Source: an uncultured virus (IMG/VR IMGVR_UViG_2524614544_000001)
Taxonomy: Duplodnaviria > Heunggongvirae > Uroviricota > Caudoviricetes
DNA: 64,000 nucleotides
Virus record (IMG/VR): IMGVR_UViG_2524614544_000001
Strand: one strand, 5' to 3'
In this document: in pieces, positions 18,549 through 28,057 of the stretch
How the letters are laid out: every line of letters starts with the position of its first letter
Position numbering within the stretch: position 1 is the stretch's first letter
Notes under the pieces: generated by a model
What the model was told of the DNA's origin: nothing
The model's input: the letters and a program-made list of their open reading frames with translations, nothing else
Database searches by the model: none
Position numbers and translations under genes: made by a program

Positions 18549-18836
18549 TCAGACGGTCGGGCTGTGGTTGCAGCGGCCGAGGAAGCAGGGTTTGGCCTGT
18601 TCCTTCCACTGCTGCGGGCTGAACAGCAGGTGCTGCATGCCGTGCCGCTCGTCGCTAGCCCGCTGGCGCTTCGTGGACGACCACTCCCGCTGCGCCTGCT
18701 GCGGGGTGGCGATCACGTCGCCGCGAAAGTCCGGGCGGACCGCGCCGACCACGCAACCCTGCGAGTTGACCCGCACCCAGAAGCAGTCAGCGAGCGGGTA
18801 CGTGACCCCGTCGATCTGCACCATGAGGTCAGCCAT
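18549..18836 (-). CDS. Phage hypothetical protein
   Basis: AAGGAG RBS; 95 aa. Confidence 0.65.
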   Translation of the reverse strand: MADLMVQIDGVTYPLADCFWVRVNSQGCVVGAVRPDFRGDVIATPQQAQREWSSTKRQRASDERHGMQHLLFSPQQWKEQAKPCFLGRCNHSPTV

Positions 18837-19001
18837 TGCTGGTCTCCTTGGCTGCGTTGGCGCGGGCGACGCTGTACGGGGCGTAGTCGTGGGCGGTGGC
18901 GGTCCGGGCCCGGCGTGCGGCGAGCGCTTCGATCAGGCGGGCCTCCTCCGACGCCGACATCCGGCGGGCGCGAACGTCATCCGCGTCCTGTAGAAGGGCC
19001 T

Positions 19002-19268
19002 TCACGACGTCACCTCCGAGAAGCCCGCCCACCTGCTGTTCAGCTCGTCCGCCGTGGGCTCCGGGGCCGGGATCGAGCAGCCAGCCGGCAAGGTGACGTA
19101 GCCGGAAGCCACCGTGTCCGCGTAGTTCCGCTCCGCCCTCAGATCCCGGGGCCGGTCGACGAGGTGCAGCGACCGGATCAGGGACTCGGCGACAGGGCCT
19201 GTGATGACGGGCGGGGCGTCGTCACACAGCAGGTGAGAGATCGCCACGGTCTCGGTGCGGGGAGTCAT
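19002..19268 (-). CDS. Phage hypothetical protein
   Basis: Coupled ORF in the early operon. Confidence 0.55.
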   Translation of the reverse strand: MTPRTETVAISHLLCDDAPPVITGPVAESLIRSLHLVDRPRDLRAERNYADTVASGYVTLPAGCSIPAPEPTADELNSRWAGFSEVTS

Positions 19269-19606
19269 GCCACACCTCCACAGGTGTTGCAGGTGAATCC
19301 CTCGGGCGGAGTCCCCTCGCAGCAGAGGCAGGGGTCCGTGATCTCGCGAAGCAGAGCGGACACATCAACGCGCAGGGCACGCGCGGCGATTACGACGTGA
19401 TCGATGGATACCTCGGCTCGCCGACCGGATTCGAGGTTCGCGATCACTGAGCGCTGGATCGGATACCCGGCCCCGGTCATCGCCTCGGCGAGCGCGCGGG
19501 CCGACATCAAGTTCGCCCTGCGTGCCTCTCGCAGCTTCTCGATCACCCGTGCCGAGATCGGCAGCGTTGGTGCGGCGGGGTCAATGACCCCGGCGTCGTC
19601 GTTCAT
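19265..19606 (-). CDS. XRE HTH protein with a C-terminal CxxC pair
   Basis: LREARR...IQRSVIANLESGRR. Confidence 0.75.
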   Translation of the reverse strand: MNDDAGVIDPAAPTLPISARVIEKLREARRANLMSARALAEAMTGAGYPIQRSVIANLESGRRAEVSIDHVVIAARALRVDVSALLREITDPCLCCEGTPPEGFTCNTCGGVA

Positions 19607-19872
19607 GCCGCCACCCGCCCGGGCTGGGCCGGGATGCTGATGCTGCGGACCCCGTCCTCGGCGGCCACCTGGTCCGCGACCTCGGCGGCCCGGTCCCGGT
19701 CTCGCCGCATGTCCGCCAGGTCGGCGGCCACGTCGGCGAGCTTGTCGAGCTGGTCCAGCGATGCGTCCGTGACCTCGACCCGCAGGGTGGCCCCGAGCCG
19801 CAGGAACGTGCGGGCACCGTCGGTCTCCAGCTGGATCGGGCGGTCGCCCCAGGCGAGGGTGAAGGTCTTCAT
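19603..19872 (-). CDS. Phage hypothetical protein
   Basis: GGAGG RBS; coupled ORF. Confidence 0.6.
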   Translation of the reverse strand: MKTFTLAWGDRPIQLETDGARTFLRLGATLRVEVTDASLDQLDKLADVAADLADMRRDRDRAAEVADQVAAEDGVRSISIPAQPGRVAA

Positions 19873-20156
19873 CGGGTGCCTCCGGGGAGCTGTTCGCCGT
19901 TCGTGACGTTGCGGATCGTGCGGATGTCGGCCTCCACGGCGGACAACTGCAACGTCCACCGGCCGTCGACCTCGGCGTGGAAGGTGATGCGCTGCTGCCC
20001 CTCCGACTTGGTCGCGAATTCGCCGTTCGCCAGGGCCGAAACCTGGATGCTTTGAGAGCTGTGAGCGACCTGGTGGGCAATGACCGTCTCGACGTGCCCG
20101 GCCTGCCACGTGATCTCGTAGACCTGCGGAGAGATGTCCGCGTAGAAGCTGCTCAT
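19869..20156 (-). CDS. Phage hypothetical protein
   Basis: Coupled ORF; GC3 bias. Confidence 0.6.
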   Translation of the reverse strand: MSSFYADISPQVYEITWQAGHVETVIAHQVAHSSQSIQVSALANGEFATKSEGQQRITFHAEVDGRWTLQLSAVEADIRTIRNVTNGEQLPGGTR

Positions 20157-20368
20157 CGGTTCCCCCTGCGGGTCGTGTGGTGGTGGCGAAGGTCGATGAA
20201 CGCCGGGACCGTTGCGTCGGGGTCGGCGTCGTAGAGGAGGTGCCGGTACTCGGCGACCAGACCGGGCGGCGCCGGCTCGGGCATGGGCCGCTTCTGTTCG
20301 GCGAGGCGGGCCACGGCGGCCTCGACCACGTCCAGCGGCACATCCAGGCGGGCGATCGGATTCGTCAC
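20153..20368 (-). CDS. Phage hypothetical protein
   Basis: Coupled ORF. Confidence 0.5.
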   Translation of the reverse strand: MTNPIARLDVPLDVVEAAVARLAEQKRPMPEPAPPGLVAEYRHLLYDADPDATVPAFIDLRHHHTTRRGNR

Positions 20369-20997
20369 GACGCCACCCGCTTCGGTGCGGCAAGGGCTTG
20401 CAGGCCGTACTTACGGACCCGGTCGTAGCGGGCAATGCCCCACTGGATCGCGTAGCAGGCCCACAGGAAGCTGTGGTCGTAGTCGCGGAACCTGAACTCC
20501 CACGTGTCCCCGAAGGCGAAGCCCTTGTACTCGAACGACTCCAGCAGCTTGCGCGCCTCAGCCTCGTCACTCAGGTCGTAGTCGAGGATGTCGGCACGGA
20601 CCGCCTTGCCCAGCCCGCGAGGCGCCTCGCCGCATTGCACGGCGGACACGAACAGCTCGCGCACGATCTGCCGGAACGCACCTTCTGAGTACTCCTGGAC
20701 GGAGCTCCGCCCGCCGCCGAGCTTCTCGGCCCAGTAGTCCGGGTTGATGCCCCACTGGCGGTCGGCACGGAAGAACTCGAACATGTCGGGCAGGCGACTG
20801 AAGACGTAGTCGTCACCCATGTCGCCGCACATGGCCAGACGGCCGGGCCAGGTGACCAGGTCGAACCAGTACTCGCCGTAGCCCCGTGAGTTGCTGGAGA
20901 AACGCAGGTGGCGGTACAGGCCGTCTTCGTGCAGAACGGTCATGGCGTGGTTCGCGGTGTCCCGCTTGAACCGGGCGGCGATGTCGTCGTAGGTCAT
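20365..20997 (-). CDS. Conserved-looking phage protein (GLYRHLRF...INPDYWAEK)
   Basis: GGAGGG RBS; aromatic-rich globular sequence. Confidence 0.75.
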   Translation of the reverse strand: MTYDDIAARFKRDTANHAMTVLHEDGLYRHLRFSSNSRGYGEYWFDLVTWPGRLAMCGDMGDDYVFSRLPDMFEFFRADRQWGINPDYWAEKLGGGRSSVQEYSEGAFRQIVRELFVSAVQCGEAPRGLGKAVRADILDYDLSDEAEARKLLESFEYKGFAFGDTWEFRFRDYDHSFLWACYAIQWGIARYDRVRKYGLQALAAPKRVAS

Positions 20998-21173
20998 GAC
21001 GCCCTCCGGTCCTGCTGCTGCGGAACCGACGGGCGGACCGGCGGTGCAGACGTCGTGCGCTGATGAGGGATACTCGGGACCATGAGGTCCGCCTTTCGTC
21101 TTGATCGGTGAGGGTGGATCTCCGAGGCCGTTCCCGGACTTGGTCGTTACGGGGGCGGCCTCATTTGCTGCCG

Positions 21174-21536
21174 TCAGGCGGCCTGGGACTGGGGCATCAG
21201 CTCGCCGCTGTCGAGCACCCACCGAATGTGGCGAGGCAACAGCCGCGGCGACTTTCCGACATAGGTGAACGGGATCCGGCGATCCTGGATCGCTTCCTTC
21301 ACCCAGTTCTCGGTCTTGCCGAGCGCCTCACCGGCCTCAGCCGGCGTCAGCACCTTCAACTCCGGGTCCTGGATCTTCGACAGGCTGGCCAGGGCCTCAA
21401 TCGCCTCAGCGAGCCGGAGAATCAGGGCGCCGTCGATGGACGGCATCTGCGTGGGGGGTCCTGCATCCGGCGCTTCGGCCAGCACCTCCACGGCGGCCCC
21501 CTCGGTGGGGGCGAGCGCCAGGTCATTCCTGGTCAC
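21174..21536 (-). CDS. Excisionase-like HTH protein
   Basis: LTPAEAGEALG...WV...IPFTYVG pattern; located next to cro. Confidence 0.7.
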   Translation of the reverse strand: MTRNDLALAPTEGAAVEVLAEAPDAGPPTQMPSIDGALILRLAEAIEALASLSKIQDPELKVLTPAEAGEALGKTENWVKEAIQDRRIPFTYVGKSPRLLPRHIRWVLDSGELMPQSQAA

Positions 21537-21738
21537 GGGGCTTCTCCCTTGTGATGGCTGCAACGGGCACTTGCAGCACCGCAGCGATTTGGCGAAGGGT
21601 GTCCTCCGCTGCTCCCCGTTGCTCTGCCTCTATGCGGGAGACATAGCCGGGATCACGATCGATGAGGTGCGCGAGCCGTCTCAGGCTCAGTCCGCACTTC
21701 TCTCGGAAGGACCTGATTGCGGCTCCGTTCGGTGTCAC
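21523..21738 (-). CDS. Cro-like XRE repressor
   Basis: IRSFREKCGLSLRRLA...YVSRIE; divergent from the cI-like gene. Confidence 0.8.
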   Translation of the reverse strand: MTPNGAAIRSFREKCGLSLRRLAHLIDRDPGYVSRIEAEQRGAAEDTLRQIAAVLQVPVAAITREKPRDQE

Positions 21739-21831
21739 AACACCCAACTTAGGTGTTTTGATGGGTGTTCGCAAGGCGCTTGCCGGGATTTCTTGGGTGT
21801 TGCGTCGCCTTACTTGGGTGTCAGTGGGTGC
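21739..21831. promoter_or_regulatory. Immunity operator/promoter region
   Basis: Near-palindrome AACACCCAACTTAGGTGTT at 21739-21757 plus TGGGTG(T) half-sites near 21762, 21794, 21815 and 21825. Confidence 0.65.
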
Positions 21832-21973
21832 ACCAGGTGCCATCCACGGCGCACGCGGGGCCCACGGGGCGCAAAATCAGGCAACGAAAGTGAGCCCGGC
21901 GCACCGATTGATACAGGTCGTTTGGGGGTACCGGTGGGTGCGCGTTGCCTGGACCTCGGGCATGATGTGGCTC

Positions 21974-22474
21974 ATGAGTAGGGACTGGGTCCGACTGGGG
22001 CACGCCATCGAGGCGGCACGCGATGCCAAGGGAATGACGCAAGTAGCCCTTGCTGAAGCCGCCGACGTCAGCGAATCAACCATCCAGAACCTGGAAGCGG
22101 GCAAGGAGCGCGTGCGCCAACCCCCCTCGGTCAAGAAAGTCGAGGCTGCCCTCGGGTGGGCACCAGGGTCAGCAGACGCCGTGCTCACCGGCGGCGAGCC
22201 GACCCCGCTCTCTGCCGACTCGAACTCCGACGCACCGCAAGCCGGCGACCAGACCGGCCTGCCTTTGCGGATCATTCAGGAACTGTCGGACGGACCACTC
22301 CTGGACACCACGGTCCTCCCGCTCAGCGGCGACTCCCGGATGGTGATCGTCGTCAGGGGCACGCCGGACGCCTCGCCCGAGCAGATCCGCCGGGACCTGC
22401 TCGCCTGGGCCAAGGCGCAGTCCGTACTACAAGAACTCGACCACGACGGCGACTCTTCGGACTCGACCAACTAG
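21974..22474 (+). CDS. CI-like immunity repressor (XRE HTH)
   Basis: ARDAKGMTQVALAEAADVSESTIQNLEAG; lies between cro and the integrase. Confidence 0.85.
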   Translation: MSRDWVRLGHAIEAARDAKGMTQVALAEAADVSESTIQNLEAGKERVRQPPSVKKVEAALGWAPGSADAVLTGGEPTPLSADSNSDAPQAGDQTGLPLRIIQELSDGPLLDTTVLPLSGDSRMVIVVRGTPDASPEQIRRDLLAWAKAQSVLQELDHDGDSSDSTN

Positions 22475-22587
22475 ACGCCCCAAAACGTTCATTCAGCACC
22501 ACGGAACCCTCCACAATCCGCCCGCATATGTGATCTGATGGCGTGATACCGACGAGGGGGCCACGCTCGGATGGTTATGGGGGACCT

Positions 22588-22740
22588 ATGCGAGTCCTGG
22601 TTCTTCGCGTATCGGACATGCCGCACGGCGTTCAAGCCTGGACAGACGTGCAGCCCGGCAAAGTAGTCCTGTACATCGACAAGTCACTGATCACCGAGGC
22701 CGAGGCGCGCAAGATCGAGTCGACAGACTGGACCGCCTGA
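22588..22740 (+). CDS. Small protein between repressor and integrase
   Basis: GGGGGA RBS; 50 aa. Confidence 0.5.
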   Translation: MRVLVLRVSDMPHGVQAWTDVQPGKVVLYIDKSLITEAEARKIESTDWTA

Positions 22741-22853
22741 CCTCAGCAAGACTGCAACCTGGCCCATGGCCAGGGCAGTCGTGTGTCGACTTGCAACGTA
22801 TTGCCCGCGGCCCCTCTCCCCCGCCGGCCGCGGCATCCACCGAGAGGTGAATC

Positions 22854-24206
22854 GTGGCCCACGCCGAGAAACGCACCTACGACAAGCGCGCCAAGAAGTG
22901 GCGGTACCGGGGCAGGTACAAACTGCCGAACGGGAAGTGGGGCTCGGTCTCCCGGGATGATGACGGCAAGCCCTTCTACACCGAGAGGTCGGCGGAGGAC
23001 TACGCCCACGGCCTCGAAGTCGACGTCCGCCGCAAGGTGTTCCTCAACCCGCAGGACGGAAAGATCACCGTCGCCGACTGGGTGGCCATCTGGATCGAGT
23101 CCATCGAGCTCTCCCCCCTTTCCCTGCGGGACTACAAGAGCCGCCTGCGGGCCGTCATCCTTCCCGTCTGGGGCAGTGCCGCAGTGCGCGACATCACGCA
23201 GGTCGCCTACCGGACATGGGAGTTGTCCCTCAGGAAGCAGGGGTATGCCGAGAACTCCATCAGCGGGGTCCGGACTGTCTTCCGGACGCTGATGCAGGAC
23301 GCCGTCGCTTCCAAGCTCCGCGGCGACAACCCGATCCCCGATGGGACGGCTGGCCGGCGCGGCAAGTACAAGTCGAAGCGAGACGCAGAAGAGAAAATCT
23401 ACCCGACTGCCCACCAGGCCCTCCTCGTTGCACGCAACGGGCTGGCTCTCCGAGGGCTGAGCATGTACGCGCTGGTGCTGACGAGCTTTTATACCGGCCT
23501 GCGTATCGGCGAACTCGCCGGCCTGACTCAGGACCGGTTGCAGCTGGACGACCGCGGCCGAGGTCCGCGGATCTTGCTGAAGTATCAGTCGCAGTACATC
23601 GACGGCAAGCCGACCCTGGTTCCGGCGAAGTATGACTCGGAGCGCGGGCTCATCATCAACGATGGTCTGGCCACTCTGCTCAAGGAGCTCGTGGACTCCA
23701 AGCCAGGCGAGTTCGTTTTCACCGCCCCCAAGGGGGGCCGGTTGCTGATCGGGGGCGACTTCTACTCCGATACGTGGCATCCCATGGTGAACGGTCGGGC
23801 TGCGAAGCCGACGATCCGGGGCCGGGGGGCGCTGCCTGGCATTCGGCCAGTCGTCGGGATCGAGGGCATGGTGCCCCACGGCCTGCGGCACGGGCAGAAA
23901 GTGCTGCTGGACGAGGCTGGCCATCCGAGGGTGGCGGTAGAAGAGCGGATGGGTCACACTTTGCAGGGGGTCGAGGGCACCTACTCCCACACCACGTTGG
24001 GTATGGAGCTCGCCATCGCCGCTTCGCTACAGGCGACTTGGGAGACGGTATTCAGTCTCCCGGGTGATGGCGCCGGGTACGGCCCAGTGCCGACTGGCGA
24101 TGAGCCCGAAAAGTTGATCTCCCAGGAATCCCCCAGGCGTCGGCGGAAGCACCCTCAGCGGCCGGGTGTACTGCTGAGGAACGCCCCCACTGGATCGGCA
24201 AAGTAG
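22854..24206 (+). CDS. int: Tyrosine integrase
   Basis: TGLRIGEL, HGLRH, MGH and the catalytic Tyr in TYSH. Confidence 0.95.
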   Translation: MAHAEKRTYDKRAKKWRYRGRYKLPNGKWGSVSRDDDGKPFYTERSAEDYAHGLEVDVRRKVFLNPQDGKITVADWVAIWIESIELSPLSLRDYKSRLRAVILPVWGSAAVRDITQVAYRTWELSLRKQGYAENSISGVRTVFRTLMQDAVASKLRGDNPIPDGTAGRRGKYKSKRDAEEKIYPTAHQALLVARNGLALRGLSMYALVLTSFYTGLRIGELAGLTQDRLQLDDRGRGPRILLKYQSQYIDGKPTLVPAKYDSERGLIINDGLATLLKELVDSKPGEFVFTAPKGGRLLIGGDFYSDTWHPMVNGRAAKPTIRGRGALPGIRPVVGIEGMVPHGLRHGQKVLLDEAGHPRVAVEERMGHTLQGVEGTYSHTTLGMELAIAASLQATWETVFSLPGDGAGYGPVPTGDEPEKLISQESPRRRRKHPQRPGVLLRNAPTGSAK

Positions 24207-24446
24207 GGCCCTGACCTGCACGTTAGTGGCCTCATGCACTTTCGGGCGGGCGCCTCACGGTTTTCCCTAGCGCGTGCCGCCCCAAGATCTACACGATCTT
24301 CGAGGGGACCAGCGAGATCCAGCGCCTGGTCATCGCGCGGGCGATCTCGGGGCGCCACATCCGCTGAACGCGGGGGATTGCGTCGCGTTGCGCAGCGCTT
24401 CGCAGGGTTCCGTGGGACGCCCTGTCTCCCAAGAATCTCCCAGAAA
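24038..24446. other. attP: core/homology segment with arm-type repeats
   Basis: TC(T/C)CCCA repeats in pairs at 24117-24137 and 24424-24446, plus an inverted copy at 24038-24046, flank a host-gene fragment. Confidence 0.75.
24284..24367 (+). pseudogene. 3' end of an acyl-CoA dehydrogenase gene carried in attP
   Basis: Translates to KIYTIFEGTSEIQRLVIARAISGRHIR-stop, the C-terminal acyl-CoA dehydrogenase signature; no upstream gene body. Confidence 0.85.
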
Positions 24447-24510
24447 AGAGTCGACCGACAGTGGCTCGGAAGAAGACGCCGGGAAGGTGCCCCTGCAAGG
24501 CAGAATGCGC

Positions 24511-24543
24511 GTGAGCCCCCTCCGTTGAGTGGAGGGGGCTCAC
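24511..24543. terminator. 13-bp stem hairpin downstream of attP
   Basis: GTGAGCCCCCTCC-N7-GGAGGGGGCTCAC. Confidence 0.65.
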
Positions 24544-24658
24544 TCGTGCCGGAAGCCCGGCGAGAGGGCCACTCGTTCACAGGGCCCGGCACGTATAGGG
24601 GTTGGACGCCTCTCCCCATCTTGTGGATGCGAGACGACCGACTCTTCCACTCGTTTGA

Positions 24659-24674
24659 GTGAACGGGCGTTCGA
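24659..24674. promoter_or_regulatory. LexA (SOS) box-like site
   Basis: Reverse strand TCGAAC-GCCC-GTTCAC versus the actinobacterial TCGAAC-N4-GTTCGA. Confidence 0.5.
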
Positions 24675-24795
24675 TTTTAGGCATCATAGGTATCCCGTGA
24701 TGGCGCCCCCTGTGCGAAACGGGCCTCACGACGTCAGATCAAGATCAAATAATGCGGCAGTTCTGCTGCTGACATAAGATGATCTTCGGCGCAGC

Positions 24796-25032
24796 GTGGC
24801 CGACGTGCCCCCCGCAGATGAACAGTGGATCCTCGACACCCGCCGCGCTATCGGCGACCGAGTACGCATCCAACGGATACACCTCAACCTCACCCAGGAA
24901 CGGCTCGCCGAGGCCGCCGGCCTCGACCGCAGCACGATTCAGCGCATGGAGTACGGAGCCGAGTCGAAAGTCAGCCATCTGCTGAAGGTCGCCAAGGCGC
25001 TTCGGGTGCATGTTAGGGACCTCCTCGCGTAG
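24796..25032 (+). CDS. XRE HTH regulator
   Basis: LTQERLAEAAGLDRSTIQRME. Confidence 0.85.
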   Translation: MADVPPADEQWILDTRRAIGDRVRIQRIHLNLTQERLAEAAGLDRSTIQRMEYGAESKVSHLLKVAKALRVHVRDLLA

Positions 25033-25211
25033 GCGTTGGGGCGCGCCAGCCGTCCTGACCGGCAGGTCAGTTACCGAACGTCGATCGTGACTCACGTCTG
25101 GCTGAAACACCAGGGTTGCGACACGGTTGCATTGGGGCAATATTTGGCGGGCGCAATGATCGTGGCGCTGGGTGTGAGCCCTGGCCAGGGCATCGGAGGA
25201 TCCGGCTCCGC

Positions 25212-25475
25212 TCAGTTCGCGTCCGTGTACAACGGGTTGCCGGGCGCCGGCTCGACACGAACGAACGACGTGGCGATGGCGCGATAGCTGCGGTGGTTCG
25301 TGTTGCGGCCGGTGTGCCGGAGAGCCCAGTCTTCCGGCGAGGTCCGTTCCTCGGCCGCGTCCGACGTCTCACCGCACGTCGTGCACTCCAACTCGTAGAC
25401 GGGCTTGGACGCGCCGGGGGTTCGGTCGACGCCGATCGTCCAGTCCGCGTGGCGGATCACTGCCCGCACCGTCAT
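25212..25475 (-). CDS. Small Zn-binding protein (CxxC...WALRHTG)
   Basis: Coupled ORF with CTTC motif. Confidence 0.7.
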   Translation of the reverse strand: MTVRAVIRHADWTIGVDRTPGASKPVYELECTTCGETSDAAEERTSPEDWALRHTGRNTNHRSYRAIATSFVRVEPAPGNPLYTDAN

Positions 25476-25687
25476 CGAAGTCCTGCCTCTCGTTCGGCGC
25501 AGCCAGCGGTGTCGGCGCAGGCCCGCGGGAACCAGCTGTACGCGGCGCCCTTCGCGGGTTTGGCGCGCTGTTCGCCGAGGTTGATGTCGTTGCCGGAGCG
25601 GAGTTGCCCTCGGCACCAGATGCAGTGCCAGCCGCGCTGCTGTTGTTCGGTCAGCTCGGCGACCGGGGGGAGCTCTCTTGTCGTCAC
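25472..25687 (-). CDS. Small Cys-rich protein
   Basis: QQRGWHCIWC...WFPRAC. Confidence 0.65.
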   Translation of the reverse strand: MTTRELPPVAELTEQQQRGWHCIWCRGQLRSGNDINLGEQRAKPAKGAAYSWFPRACADTAGCAEREAGLR

Positions 25688-25872
25688 ACTGGCCTGCCTT
25701 GGTGGGCTGTGCAGGCCATGACTGTCCAGGCGTGGCCGTCGTCGATGGTGACCTGTCCTGCCGGGGTGAGGGGCCGGGTGACGGCTCCGCAGTGCCAGCA
25801 CGCCTCGCCGTGTAATCGGGCGAAGCTCGGCTGGTCGACGACGGCGGCCGGTGCGGGGGTCGGTGCGCTCAT
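25684..25872 (-). CDS. Small Cys-rich protein with a TTA codon
   Basis: RLHGEACWHCG; the Leu at 25813-25815 is TTA. Confidence 0.6.
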   Translation of the reverse strand: MSAPTPAPAAVVDQPSFARLHGEACWHCGAVTRPLTPAGQVTIDDGHAWTVMACTAHQGRPV

Positions 25873-25964
25873 GCCCTGTCCCATCTGCGCGGTTCGTGCG
25901 GACAGGGCAGATCATGACCTGTGGCAAGAGGCGCAAGTACCCCGGCGAGGGGTAGCAGGGGTAG

Positions 25965-27152
25965 CTAGTCGGCGTGACACCACTCGGCGAAGCTCGTCAG
26001 GGACTCCGCGTCGGCCCGCTTCAGCCGGCGAAGCGTGGACGCATCCTCCCGGACCCAGGGGTGTTCGCGGGTGTGCTGGGGGGCGATGCGGCGGGCGACC
26101 TTGAGGGATTCGAAGGCGTCGTCGGCGAGGCCGCCCCAGAGTTGGGCGCGGGCGAGCTCGATGTAGAAGCCGCTGCGCCGCTCAGCGGGCAGGCCGGCGG
26201 GCGGTTTCCACTCGCGGGCCACGTCGAACGCCCGCTGGACGTGTTCGTTGCCGAGGCTGACTGCGACGCTGACTTCGTGGATGCGGACGCTGTCCGGGCC
26301 GAACGCTGTGCCCTGGTAGACCCCTTCGCGCGCCCGGTCACCCAGCCTGCGGGCCTCGGTGAGATGCGCCTCGGCGGCATCACCCTGGTCGGCGCGCCCT
26401 GCGATGACCGCGGCCCGCATGTGCAGTGCTCCGCGGGCTGCTACGGCCTCAGCCTCGACGGGTGGTGGGCAGGCGTCGATGGCCTGCTCCAAGGCCCGCA
26501 GCCCTGCGGCATGGGCGCGGGCGGCAAAGTAGACCTCGGTGCGAACGTAGCCGACAGTCGCAGCGAGCAGCGGGTCGCGGGCGTTGGGGACTGCCCACCG
26601 CATCAGTTCGATGAGGCGGGCGGACAGGTCGCGGGCCTGGTACTTGTAGGCGACGGCGTCGGCGGCCCGGTAGGCGGCGACGAGGAGCCCGGCCACCTCT
26701 TGGGCGGTCGCCGGCGATGACGCCGCGGCGGCGCGGGCGAGCTCGGCGAGCAGGTCGGGGATCGTGCGGGCGATCTGGAGGTACTGAGCGGACAGGCGCC
26801 ACACCGTGGCCTGTGCGACCGCGGCCCGCAGTTCGGGCAGGGGGCGGACGGGGCCGTCGTCGGGCATGTCGTAGGTGGCGATGACCGCGGACAGGGCGGG
26901 GAGTGCGTCCCGGATGCGGGTGGAGACGTGTTCGCGGTCGGCGACGAGCCGGGACGGGTCAACGCCGAGGGCGCAGGCGATGGCGTCGAGGGTGCTGTCG
27001 GTGACCCCGCGTTCCCCGCGTTCGATCTTGCGGATCGTTCCGAGGGCGACCCCGGCCCGGTCCGCGAGCTGTTGCTGGGTCATTTTGGGGCGGGCGACGC
27101 TGCGGTAGTAGGCGATGCGTCTGCCTACCGGGCCCGGCGAAGTGGCTGGCAC
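25965..27152 (-). CDS. XRE HTH plus TPR-like helical regulator
   Basis: N-terminal MTQQQLADRAGVALGTIRKIERG; helical C-terminus with FGPDSVRIH and ARRIAPQ. Confidence 0.85.
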   Translation of the reverse strand: MPATSPGPVGRRIAYYRSVARPKMTQQQLADRAGVALGTIRKIERGERGVTDSTLDAIACALGVDPSRLVADREHVSTRIRDALPALSAVIATYDMPDDGPVRPLPELRAAVAQATVWRLSAQYLQIARTIPDLLAELARAAAASSPATAQEVAGLLVAAYRAADAVAYKYQARDLSARLIELMRWAVPNARDPLLAATVGYVRTEVYFAARAHAAGLRALEQAIDACPPPVEAEAVAARGALHMRAAVIAGRADQGDAAEAHLTEARRLGDRAREGVYQGTAFGPDSVRIHEVSVAVSLGNEHVQRAFDVAREWKPPAGLPAERRSGFYIELARAQLWGGLADDAFESLKVARRIAPQHTREHPWVREDASTLRRLKRADAESLTSFAEWCHAD

Positions 27153-27161
27153 CCCCTGAAC

Positions 27162-27809
27162 TTACTCGCCGTTCCGGACGAGTTCGGCCAGTTCCGTCAG
27201 GGAGTCGATCGACCAGTCCGCCGCAGCGCGCACGTCAGGGTCGTCCGCCCACCAATACCCCCACGGGCCGCGGCGCAGATGCGCCGTGCGCAAGCCGGCT
27301 GCGGCGGCGGGGACGATGTCGTTGGCAGGGTGATCGCCCACGTACAGCGTTGACTCCGGGCTGGCCTCGGACACGTCCAGGACGCGGGCGAAGAACTCCG
27401 GGGCGGGCTTGGCGACACCCCACTCGCCGGACGTGACGACCAGGTCGGCGGGCAAGTCGAGGGCGCGGAGGAGTTCGCCGGCCTTCTCCGTCTGGTTGCC
27501 GGCCACGATCACGCGGACGCCCTTCTCACGCAACGCCGACAGGGCGGGGCGAACATCGGGGTAGAGATCCTGCTCCTCAAGGACCTCGCCGCGGCCGGCT
27601 GCTTCTCGGGCGGCGTACTCGGCTGCGATGTCGATGCCGGGGCGCAGGAGTCGGACCGCCTCTGCGTTGTCCCTGCCTTGGACGACGACGGCGCCGACGA
27701 GTGCGCTGAGCGTGTGGGCTGGGACGTCAAGCCAGTCCGCCCAGGAGGCCCAGTAGCGGTCGTCGCGGACAAGGGTTTCGCCGACGTCGAAGACGATGGT
27801 CTCAATCAC
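27162..27809 (-). CDS. HAD-superfamily hydrolase
   Basis: FDVGETL, GNQ, KP and YVGDHPAND motifs. Confidence 0.9.
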   Translation of the reverse strand: MIETIVFDVGETLVRDDRYWASWADWLDVPAHTLSALVGAVVVQGRDNAEAVRLLRPGIDIAAEYAAREAAGRGEVLEEQDLYPDVRPALSALREKGVRVIVAGNQTEKAGELLRALDLPADLVVTSGEWGVAKPAPEFFARVLDVSEASPESTLYVGDHPANDIVPAAAAGLRTAHLRRGPWGYWWADDPDVRAAADWSIDSLTELAELVRNGE

Positions 27810-27832
27810 AGGTCGACCCTACGTGGGGGCGG

Positions 27833-27854
27833 TGTCGGTGTGCGGCTCTACTCT
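27833..27854 (+). promoter_or_regulatory. RecA-NDp/PafBC-type promoter
   Basis: TGTCGGTG-N8-TACTCT, 6 nt before the ATG at 27861. Confidence 0.75.
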
Positions 27855-27860
27855 GATCCC

Positions 27861-28037
27861 ATGTCCACTCCTTCCGCTCCTGGTGCTGCCGCGCGGTCGT
27901 TGACCGATGTGAATGCGGACATTCGGGCGTTGTGGGTGCGGGGTGGTCGGCTGACTCCGGAGGGGCGGCGGGAGTATGAGCGGCTGCTCGCCGAGTGGGC
28001 GGCCGTGGTCCAGCGCGACGCCGTCGATGCGGCGTGA
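27861..28037 (+). CDS. Small leaderless hypothetical protein
   Basis: RSLTDVNADIRALW...EYERLLAEW. Confidence 0.7.
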   Translation: MSTPSAPGAAARSLTDVNADIRALWVRGGRLTPEGRREYERLLAEWAAVVQRDAVDAA

Positions 28038-28057
28038 ACCGTCACGAACGGCGTTGG

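Noticed and set aside
21819..21840. Fifth RecA-NDp promoter (TGTCAGTG) in the immunity region
   Set aside because: There is no TAnnnT at the N8 spacing (it reads AGGTGC); the match overlaps the GGGTGT operator repeats.
24207..24550. tRNA gene at the attachment site
   Set aside because: No cloverleaf or T-loop consensus is present; the segment translates to an acyl-CoA dehydrogenase C-terminus.
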